Origin: an uncultured Clostridia bacterium | GTDB taxonomy: Bacteria; Bacillota; Clostridia; Peptostreptococcales; Anaerovoracaceae | Assembly (NCBI GenBank): GCA_934255135.1 | Contig: CAKQMV010000008.1 | Location: forward strand, 1 to 64,000 | Reading direction: 5' to 3' | Length of the DNA stretch: 64,000 bases | Shown here: piece after piece, positions 56,865 through 64,000 of the stretch | Layout of the letters: each line of letters starts with the position of its first letter | Position numbering within the stretch: the first letter of the stretch is position 1 | The notes under the pieces: model-generated | What the model was told of the DNA's origin: nothing | Databases searched by the model: none | The model's input: only the letters and a program-made list of their open reading frames with translations | Made by a program: the position numbers and the translations under genes

Positions 56865-58766
56865 ATGAACGCTTTGACACCAAGACAGAGAAGAGAGCTT
56901 AAAGAAATAATAATTTCTGGAATCATTTTCTTCGCGCTTATGATAGTGCAGCACATGAACCTTCTTCCAGAAAGCGTAAATAGCGCATGGCTCTGGTTCG
57001 CTCTCTACCTTGTGCCATATCTGATTGTCGGAAGAGATGTAGTAAGAAAGTGCTTTCTGGGAATTAAGAACGGAAATGTGTTTGATGAATGCTTTCTGAT
57101 GACACTTGCGACAGTAGGTGCTTTTGCAACACAGGAATTCAGCGAGGCCGTTGCTGTAATGCTTTTCTACCAGGTTGGAGAATTCTTCCAGCGTTATGCC
57201 GTTGGAAAGTCGAGAAATTCGATTGAGACACTTCTCTCAATCGCACCGGATTATGCAAACGTAATCAGAGAGGACGGAAGCGTAGAAGAGATTGATCCTG
57301 ACGACGTTGAAATAGGAGATATCCTCCTGATAAAGCCTGGCGAGAAGTTCCCGGTAGATGGAACTGTAGTCGAGGGCGGAGGATATATCAATACATCGGC
57401 ACTGACAGGAGAGTCGATGCCGCGTTCAGTTGATGAGGGCGATGCGGTTATTTCAGGCTGCATCAACGGTGAGAATCTTATGAAGGTAAGAGCCGACAAG
57501 CTTTACGAGGATTCTACAGTAATGCAGATTCTTGAGCTTGTGGAGAATGCTTCATCTAAGAAATCACAGACTGAGTCATTTATCACAAGATTCGCAAGAT
57601 ACTACACACCTGCAGTCGTAGTGGCGGCACTTGTGCTTGCATTTGTTCCACCGATTTTTGCAGGAAACCTTATGGACTGGGTTATGAGAGCTTGTACATT
57701 CCTAGTAATTTCATGTCCTTGTGCACTGGTTATTTCAGTCCCGCTTGCGTTCTTCGGCGGAATCGGAGCGGCGTCTCGAATCGGTGTTCTGGTCAAGGGC
57801 TCTAACTACCTCGAGATGATGTCTGAGCTCGATACTGTAGTTTCGGACAAAACAGGAACTCTAACAGAGGGACGTTTCACTGTTAGCGATGTTTATACTG
57901 CAGATGGAGTATCACGTGAGACTCTTCTTGGCCTTGCGGCAGCTGTCGAGTCGGGTTCCACACATCCGATTGCAGTCTCAATCTGCGAAGCTTACGATGG
58001 CGATGTAACAGCATTCGATGTTAAGGATCCGGTTAACTATACAGGCAAAGGATTCGGTGCCTCTGTTGACGGTAGGACTGTCCTCGTGGGCAAAAGGAGC
58101 CTTCTTGAGGCCGAGGGCATTTCCGTTCCATCACTTGATGATGTAGCTGGTAGCGTATGCTACGTTTCAGCTGACGGCAAGTTTATTGGAAGAATTGCTG
58201 TATCTGATTCAATTAAGAAGAATGCATCTGATGCGATAAGAAGTATGAAACAGCTCGGCGTATCAAAGGTTGTGATGCTGACTGGTGACTCAAGGTCAGC
58301 AGCAGAAATTGCAGCAAAGGAGCTTGGAGTTACAGATTATAAGGCAGAGCTTCTGCCAGCCGATAAGGTAACGTGTGTTGAGAAACTTCTTTCAGAGATT
58401 ACAGGCAAGAGACGCTTTCTGGCATTTATTGGAGACGGAATAAACGATGCTCCTGTACTTTCAAGAGCTGATATCGGCATTGCAATGGGTTCACTTGGAT
58501 CTGATGCTGCTATTGAGGCGGCAGACGTTGTAATCATGGACGATGATATCGCCAAGGTTCCTCGCCTTATGAAGATTGCGAGCAAGACCGTTGGAATTTC
58601 GAGAATGAATATCGTATTCGCACTTGCGGTTAAGGCAATCTGTCTTATCCTCGGAGCACTCGGAATCGCGAACATGTGGGCAGCAGTTTTTGCCGACGTT
58701 GGAGTTGCATTCATATGCATCCTGAACTCGATGAGAATGCTTACAGTAAAGAGCGAAAACAAGTAA
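56865..58766 (+). CDS. Heavy-metal-translocating P1B-type ATPase (Cd/Zn/Co-type)
   Basis: 633 aa with the CPC motif (SCPCALVIS), phosphorylation site DKTGTLT, and the hinge GDGINDAP. Confidence 0.9.
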   Translation: MNALTPRQRRELKEIIISGIIFFALMIVQHMNLLPESVNSAWLWFALYLVPYLIVGRDVVRKCFLGIKNGNVFDECFLMTLATVGAFATQEFSEAVAVMLFYQVGEFFQRYAVGKSRNSIETLLSIAPDYANVIREDGSVEEIDPDDVEIGDILLIKPGEKFPVDGTVVEGGGYINTSALTGESMPRSVDEGDAVISGCINGENLMKVRADKLYEDSTVMQILELVENASSKKSQTESFITRFARYYTPAVVVAALVLAFVPPIFAGNLMDWVMRACTFLVISCPCALVISVPLAFFGGIGAASRIGVLVKGSNYLEMMSELDTVVSDKTGTLTEGRFTVSDVYTADGVSRETLLGLAAAVESGSTHPIAVSICEAYDGDVTAFDVKDPVNYTGKGFGASVDGRTVLVGKRSLLEAEGISVPSLDDVAGSVCYVSADGKFIGRIAVSDSIKKNASDAIRSMKQLGVSKVVMLTGDSRSAAEIAAKELGVTDYKAELLPADKVTCVEKLLSEITGKRRFLAFIGDGINDAPVLSRADIGIAMGSLGSDAAIEAADVVIMDDDIAKVPRLMKIASKTVGISRMNIVFALAVKAICLILGALGIANMWAAVFADVGVAFICILNSMRMLTVKSENK

Positions 58767-58840
58767 TGCGCTAAAGCCTTGCATTTCGGGGCTTCGTGTG
58801 GTATATTTAATCGAACGTTATATTTTTCGGAAAGAGTGGG

Positions 58841-58870
58841 GCAATCCCACTCTTTCACTTATGTTTGGAT
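58841..58870 (+). terminator. Hairpin, possible terminator after the ATPase gene
   Basis: aaagagtggg-gcaat-cccactcttt forms a 10-bp stem. The U-tract is weak. Confidence 0.4.
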
Positions 58871-58885
58871 TTTTTCGGAGGAGTT

Positions 58886-59362
58886 ATGGCTAAGGAAGAT
58901 ATTTCAAAGAAGGTTACAGAGCTTCTTTCGGAGTTCTGCGAGGGTAAGGAGCTCGAGGTTTACAGGGTTCAGTATAAGAAGGAAGGACCGGACTGGAAGC
59001 TTAAGGTTTTCCTCGACAAGCCTGCTGATGCGGAGACTGAGTATGTTGATATCAATGAATGTGAAGCCGCTACAAGATTCCTTGGCGACAAGCTTGATGA
59101 GCTCGACCTCATCGAGAGAGCATATACACTTGAGGTAAGCTCACCGGGACTTGACCGAGAGCTTATTAAGGACTCCGATTTTGACCGTTTTGCGGGAAGA
59201 GAGGTTGAGGTAAAGCTCTTTACTGCAGTCGAAGGAAGTAAGAATCACGAGGGTACACTTATCGGACTTAAGGACGGTATTGTGACAATCAGTGTGAACG
59301 GTAGTGAAATTGAGCTGCCGAAGGATAAGATATCAAAGATTAATCTAGCAGTAGTATTTTAG
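58886..59362 (+). CDS. rimP: Ribosome maturation factor RimP
   Basis: About 158 aa and RimP-like (LEVSSPGLDRELI). It lies upstream of nusA. The ATG at 58886 follows the RBS GGAGGAG. Confidence 0.88.
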   Translation: MAKEDISKKVTELLSEFCEGKELEVYRVQYKKEGPDWKLKVFLDKPADAETEYVDINECEAATRFLGDKLDELDLIERAYTLEVSSPGLDRELIKDSDFDRFAGREVEVKLFTAVEGSKNHEGTLIGLKDGIVTISVNGSEIELPKDKISKINLAVVF

Positions 59363-59371
59363 GAGGAAGCG

Positions 59372-60496
59372 ATGAACAAGGAATTTCTTGATGCTCTTGC
59401 AGATCTCGAGCGTGAGAAGAATATTTCACAGAACGAGATTATCACAGCGATTGAAGAGGCTGTTGAGAATGCGTACCGTAAGAACTACGGAGCAGCTAAT
59501 GTAAGATGCATCACTGACAGAGAGAACGGTGAGCTGATGGTGCTTCTCAGCAAGGAGGTTGTTGAAGAGGTATTCGACGACATGACTGAGGTATCACTTG
59601 AGGAAGCAAAGTCATATGATGAGTCATATGAGCTTGGTGATTTCATTGAGTACCAGGTTGACCCTAAGGACTTCGGACGTATTGCAGCACAGGGTGCTAA
59701 GCAGGTAGTTGTTCAGAAGATCCGTGAGGCTGAGAGAGCAAACTCATACAACGAGTACATTGATAAGAAGGGTGAGATCATCACTGGTAAGGTTGACAGA
59801 ATCAACAACGGAACAATGCTCGTTTCAGTAGGAAGCACTGAGGGTATCGTACCTAATTCAGAGCAGGTTAAGGGTGAGAACTTCAAGCCTGGCGACAGAA
59901 TCAAGGTTTACGTAATGGATGTTAAGAAGGAGAGCAAGGGCCCACAGGTATTCCTTTCAAGATCACATCCAGGACTTGTAAGAGGTCTGTTTGAGCTTGA
60001 GATTCCAGAGATCGCTGACGGTACAGTTGAGATCAAGGGAATCGCAAGAGAAGCAGGTTCAAGAACTAAGATCGCCGTTTACTCACATGATGAGAACGTT
60101 GATCCGGTAGGAGCATGCGTAGGAAACAGAGGTGCAAGAGTTCAGAATATTGCCGATGATCTTTTCGGAGAGAAGATTGATATTATCGTATGGGATGAGG
60201 ATCCTGCTGTACTTATCAGCAACGTTCTCAAGCCAGCAATCGTTGAGGGTGTTTACATCAACGAGGAAGAGAAGATGGCTACAGCAGTAGTTCCTGAGCA
60301 GCAGCTGTCACTTGCAATCGGTAGAGAGGGACAGAACGTAAGACTTGCTGCAAGAGTTTCAGGCTGGAAGATTGACATCAAGAGCAGAAGCCAGCTTGAG
60401 GAAATCGGTTTTGACTTCGATGAGTATGAGGATTCAGAGACTCCAGAGGTTACAGAGACTTCTGAGACTCCTGAAATCGTAGAGATCGAAGAGTAA
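59372..60496 (+). CDS. nusA: Transcription termination/antitermination factor NusA
   Basis: 374 aa with S1 and KH domains (LSLAIGREGQNVRLAARVSGWKIDI). Confidence 0.93.
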   Translation: MNKEFLDALADLEREKNISQNEIITAIEEAVENAYRKNYGAANVRCITDRENGELMVLLSKEVVEEVFDDMTEVSLEEAKSYDESYELGDFIEYQVDPKDFGRIAAQGAKQVVVQKIREAERANSYNEYIDKKGEIITGKVDRINNGTMLVSVGSTEGIVPNSEQVKGENFKPGDRIKVYVMDVKKESKGPQVFLSRSHPGLVRGLFELEIPEIADGTVEIKGIAREAGSRTKIAVYSHDENVDPVGACVGNRGARVQNIADDLFGEKIDIIVWDEDPAVLISNVLKPAIVEGVYINEEEKMATAVVPEQQLSLAIGREGQNVRLAARVSGWKIDIKSRSQLEEIGFDFDEYEDSETPEVTETSETPEIVEIEE

Positions 60497-60514
60497 ATAC
60501 AGGAGAGATAAGAC

Positions 60515-60802
60515 ATGGAAGAGAAGAGAACTCCAATGAGAAGATGCATCTCATGTATGCAGTCCTTTCCGAAGGAGGAGCTTCTAAGGTTCACTGTAAG
60601 GGATGGAGTGATTATCCCTGACGGTGAACGTGAGAACGACGGAAGAGGGTTCTATATCTGCAGGAAACAGGCATGTCTTGATAAAACAATCAGGAAGAAA
60701 GTCTTCAATCGTGTTCTGAGAATGCAGCTTGATCAGAATATGGTTGAGGAGGTAATTGGCAATATAGCTGATACGGAGGTAATTGATGGGAAAGAAAATT
60801 AG
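60515..60802 (+). CDS. ylxR: YlxR/RnpM family (DUF448) RNA-binding protein
   Basis: 95 aa with the motifs RRCISC...GRGFYIC, in the conserved position between nusA and infB. Confidence 0.85.
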   Translation: MEEKRTPMRRCISCMQSFPKEELLRFTVRDGVIIPDGERENDGRGFYICRKQACLDKTIRKKVFNRVLRMQLDQNMVEEVIGNIADTEVIDGKEN

Positions 60803-63560
60803 TGAAATAACCAAAGAGCTTTCCATCGAGTTTACTGAGCTTAAGAGCTATGCAGACAAGCTCGGTATTGAGATGAAGAGCGCTCGCGGCAGCCTTGATG
60901 AGGCTTCTGCCGAGAGACTTATACAGACAGTTAATATGATGCACGGAACAAAGTCGTCAAAAGGTGGTGCACACAAGACTGCTCCTAAGGCAGTACCTGT
61001 TAAGAAGAAGGATGCACCTAAGATGGCACCTGCAGCAAAGCCTGCACCTAAGGCAGAGAAGACAGAGGCTCCAGCTGAAGAAGCTAAGGTAGAGGCTCCT
61101 AAGGCAGAGAAGACAAAGGCTCCAGCTGAAGAGACAAAGAAGGAAGCTCCTAAGGCAGAGGCTAAGGAGGCTCCTAAGGCTGAAGCTAAAGCAGTTCCGG
61201 AGAAGAAGGAAGAGGAAGAGTACGTAAATGCTCCAAATAAGCCTATGAGATTCAAGAAGATCGTAGATGCAAATCAGGTCAAGGAAGAAGAGAAGGCTAA
61301 GCATTCAAGAGAGCACAAGCGTGACAACAACAGAGATAACAGAAACGGAAACAGAAACGAGCAGGGCAGCAGAAACGGAAACAGAGACAACAAGAATGAG
61401 CGCGGTACAAGAAACAGAAACGATCGTGACAACAATAGAGGTGACCGTGACAACAGAGGCGGTAACAGAGGTGACCGTGACAACAGAAACGGCGGAAGAG
61501 ACAACCGAGACAACAAGGATTCCGACAGCAGAAACTCAAGACCTCAGAGAAGAAACCAGGGCGGCGGCGCTTCAGCAGCTCCTGCTGAGTCAAAGCCATC
61601 ATCAAGAGGCAAGAGCAAGAAGTTCTTTGATAACAAGGATAAGGACAAGCAGTCACGTCACGACAGAAGAGAGGACGGAAACGGAAGAGGATACAAGAAC
61701 AACTCTTACCTCGATGATACTTCACTTGAGAAGCAGTCACGTCGTAAGAAGAAGAAGGTTGTTAAGGAAGAGCCTGAAATCGAGATCGAGGAGCTTCTTC
61801 CAGAAGGCGCAATTCCAGTATCAGTTCCAATCACTGTAGCTGGACTTGCTGAGCAGGCAGAGATTTCTGTAACAAACATCATCATGGCACTTATGAAGAT
61901 GGGTGTTATGGCAACAATCAACCAGACTCTCGATAAGGATGCCATTGAGATGCTCTCACTTGAGCTCGGAATGGAGTTCGTTGTAACAGAAGAGGAAGAG
62001 GTTGAGGAAGAAGAAGGACTCGAGCTCTACGAGGATACTGAGTCAGATCTTAAGCCAAGACCACCAATCATCACAGTTATGGGTCACGTTGACCACGGTA
62101 AGACATCACTCCTCGATGCTATCCGTAACACTAACGTAACTGCAGGTGAGTCAGGTGGAATCACTCAGCATATCGGAGCTTCAGAGGTAGTTATCGACGG
62201 AAAGAGAATCGTATTCCTCGATACTCCTGGACACGAGGCTTTCACAACAATGAGAGCAAGAGGTGCTCAGATTACAGATATCGCTGTACTCGTAGTTGCT
62301 GCTGACGACTCAGTTAAGCCACAGACCATCGAGTCAATCTCACACGCTAAGGCTGCAGGTGTACCTATTATCGTTGCAATCAACAAGATGGATAAGCCTG
62401 GTGCCAACCCAGACAGAGTAAAGAAGGACCTCGCAGAGAACGGCGTTCTCGTAGAGGACTGGGGTGGAGACGTTATCAGCGTTCCTGTATCAGCTAAGAA
62501 GGGTGAGGGTATCAGAGACCTTCTCGAGATGATCCTGCTTCAGGCAGAGGTACTTGAGCTTAAGGCTAACCCAGACAGACTTGCACTTGGTACAGTTATC
62601 GAGGCAAGACTTGATAAGGCTAAGGGACCTATCGCTACACTTCTTGTTACTAATGGTACTCTTAAGTCAGGACAGAGCGTTGTTGCAGGTACATGCAGCG
62701 GACGTATCAGAGTAATGACTAACTTCAGAGGCGAGACTATCAGAAAGGCTGGCCCTGCAACTGCAGTTGAGATTCTCGGACTTTCAGATGTTCCAATGGC
62801 AGGTGATTCATTCAACGCTGTTAAGGACGACAAGGTTGCAAGAGAAATTGCCAACCAGAGAAAGGAGAAGCTCAGAGAGGACGTACTTGCTAAGAACGCA
62901 AGCACAACTCTCGACAAGCTCTTCAGCCAGATCCAGGAGGGTGAGGCTAAGGAGCTTAACCTCATCATCAAGGGAGACGTACAGGGTTCAGTTGGTGCTA
63001 TCATTTCATCACTTGAGAAGCTTGATACTCCTGAGGTTAAGATCAGAGTTATCCACTCAGGTGTTGGTACAATCAACGAGTCAGATGTAACTCTCGCTGA
63101 GACATCAAACGCTATCATTATCGGATTTAACGTAAGACCTACAACAGCTGTAACTAACCAGGCTCAGAACGCAGACGTTGAGCTCAGACTTTATAGAGTA
63201 ATCTACGATATCATCGATGATATCCAGGATGCTATGAAGGGAATGCTCGACCCTGAGTACAAGGAAGAGGTTCTTGGTAAGGCTGAGGTTAGAGATACAT
63301 TCAAGGTTCCTAATGTCGGCGTAATCGCTGGTGCTTACGTAATCGAGGGTAAGGTTCAGCGAAGCAAGCAGATCAGACTTGTAAGAGATGGAATCGTAAT
63401 CCACGAGGGAACTATTTCATCACTTAAGAGATACAAGGATGACGTTAAGGAAGTTGTATCAGGATTCGAGTGCGGACTCGGAATCGAGAAGTACAACGAC
63501 ATTAAGCCAGGCGATGTAATCGAGTGCTTCCACATGGTTGAAATCGAAAGAAGCCTGTAA
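60786..63560 (+). CDS. infB: Translation initiation factor IF-2
   Basis: About 924 aa with G-domain motifs [14 protein letters not shown] and NKMD. The N-terminus is low-complexity. Confidence 0.93.
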   Translation: MGKKISEITKELSIEFTELKSYADKLGIEMKSARGSLDEASAERLIQTVNMMHGTKSSKGGAHKTAPKAVPVKKKDAPKMAPAAKPAPKAEKTEAPAEEAKVEAPKAEKTKAPAEETKKEAPKAEAKEAPKAEAKAVPEKKEEEEYVNAPNKPMRFKKIVDANQVKEEEKAKHSREHKRDNNRDNRNGNRNEQGSRNGNRDNKNERGTRNRNDRDNNRGDRDNRGGNRGDRDNRNGGRDNRDNKDSDSRNSRPQRRNQGGGASAAPAESKPSSRGKSKKFFDNKDKDKQSRHDRREDGNGRGYKNNSYLDDTSLEKQSRRKKKKVVKEEPEIEIEELLPEGAIPVSVPITVAGLAEQAEISVTNIIMALMKMGVMATINQTLDKDAIEMLSLELGMEFVVTEEEEVEEEEGLELYEDTESDLKPRPPIITVMGHVDHGKTSLLDAIRNTNVTAGESGGITQHIGASEVVIDGKRIVFLDTPGHEAFTTMRARGAQITDIAVLVVAADDSVKPQTIESISHAKAAGVPIIVAINKMDKPGANPDRVKKDLAENGVLVEDWGGDVISVPVSAKKGEGIRDLLEMILLQAEVLELKANPDRLALGTVIEARLDKAKGPIATLLVTNGTLKSGQSVVAGTCSGRIRVMTNFRGETIRKAGPATAVEILGLSDVPMAGDSFNAVKDDKVAREIANQRKEKLREDVLAKNASTTLDKLFSQIQEGEAKELNLIIKGDVQGSVGAIISSLEKLDTPEVKIRVIHSGVGTINESDVTLAETSNAIIIGFNVRPTTAVTNQAQNADVELRLYRVIYDIIDDIQDAMKGMLDPEYKEEVLGKAEVRDTFKVPNVGVIAGAYVIEGKVQRSKQIRLVRDGIVIHEGTISSLKRYKDDVKEVVSGFECGLGIEKYNDIKPGDVIECFHMVEIERSL
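61047..61195 (+). repeat. In-frame 51-bp tandem repeat inside infB
   Basis: Units start at 61047, 61098 and 61149 and encode [17 protein letters not shown] / [17 protein letters not shown] / PKAEAKEA.... An R/D/N/G-rich repeat region follows at about 61300-61560. Confidence 0.7.
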
Positions 63561-63580
63561 GCATTAAACAAGCAATAATT

Positions 63581-63619
63581 CGCGTCTGATAGAGCAATCC
63601 TCTGTCAGACGCTGTTTTT
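63581..63619 (+). terminator. Intrinsic terminator after infB
   Basis: gcgtctgatagag-caatc-ctctgtcagacgc forms a 13-bp stem, followed by TGTTTTTT. Confidence 0.85.
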
Positions 63620-63635
63620 TGGAGGTTATATATTT

Positions 63636-64000
63636 ATGTCAAAAGGATATTCAAGTCTTGTCCGCAACATGCTGATCGTCGTGTTCGGTAATCTTGTATA
63701 TGCGACTGGAGTAGTATTCTTCATTCTGCCGGGAGGTCTCATCACTGGAGGAACAACAGGTATTGCACTCGTTGTAAACCAGCTTACGGGACTTCAGATT
63801 TCACTTTTTGTAGGAATCTTTAACGTAATCATGTTCTCAGCAGGCGCCTTAATTCTCGGTAAGGAGTTCGCTCTGACAACACTTCTTAGTACCATCAGTT
63901 ACCCGCTTCTTCTCGGAACTCTTCAGAAGGCGGTAGGCGATTTTGTACTTACAGACGACAAGCTTATATGTGCACTCTTCGGAGGTATGTGCATCGGATG
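63636..64000 (+). CDS. YitT-family membrane protein (partial; continues beyond the window)
   Basis: ATG at 63636 with an open frame to the window end. The translation MSKGYSSLVRNMLIVVFGNLVYATGVVFFILPGGLITGGTTGIALV is typical of YitT/DUF2179 proteins. Confidence 0.7.
   Translation, partial: MSKGYSSLVRNMLIVVFGNLVYATGVVFFILPGGLITGGTTGIALVVNQLTGLQISLFVGIFNVIMFSAGALILGKEFALTTLLSTISYPLLLGTLQKAVGDFVLTDDKLICALFGGMCIG

Noticed and set aside
1-64000. A mobile element, prophage, defence island or toxin-antitoxin content
   Set aside because: The translations show no integrase, transposase, recombinase, phage structural, restriction-modification, Cas, retron reverse-transcriptase or obvious TA pair. I noticed no flanking direct repeats or tRNA attachment sites.

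Overview
64-kb chromosomal window from an anaerobic Firmicute. Gene content and codon style look Clostridia/Lachnospiraceae-like, but that is inference only. No integrase, transposase, phage gene, CRISPR-cas or rRNA/tRNA gene was seen. Most of the window is ordinary and mostly on the + strand. It holds a TPP-riboswitch-controlled thiS-F-G-H-E-D-C operon, a second thiamine-salvage locus (YkoF-like plus ThiXYZ-like ABC), and tex. It also holds a ydjI/G/H-like membrane-stress module, several transporters, a YtrA-type GntR/ABC module, an ArsR/HMA/P1B-ATPase metal-efflux operon, coaBC, two sensor-kinase systems, and rimP-nusA-ylxR-infB. The standout is a translationally coupled operon at about 28.5-41.1 kb, behind a sigma70-like promoter and an unclassified terminator/antiterminator leader. 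It encodes a TM1266-type ACT regulator, two NifH-like ATPases and two paralogous NifD/K-like sets (one fused into an 841-aa protein). These are followed directly by HypF-HypC-HypD-HypE and the radical-SAM maturase HydE. The window has no [NiFe]-hydrogenase structural genes and no HypA/B, HydF, HydG or NifB. An [FeFe]-hydrogenase lies 6.4 kb downstream. I interpret this as a candidate undescribed system coupling CO/CN-iron ligand chemistry to a nitrogenase-like reductase/scaffold. Two structured non-coding repeat regions are also unexplained: a 42-bp tandem hairpin array at the window start, and a cluster of perfect TCTCTA(TA)CC-N4-GG(TA)TAGAGA palindromes between convergent genes at 8.2-8.7 kb. 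All protein calls rest on reading motifs in the supplied translations; no database search was possible.
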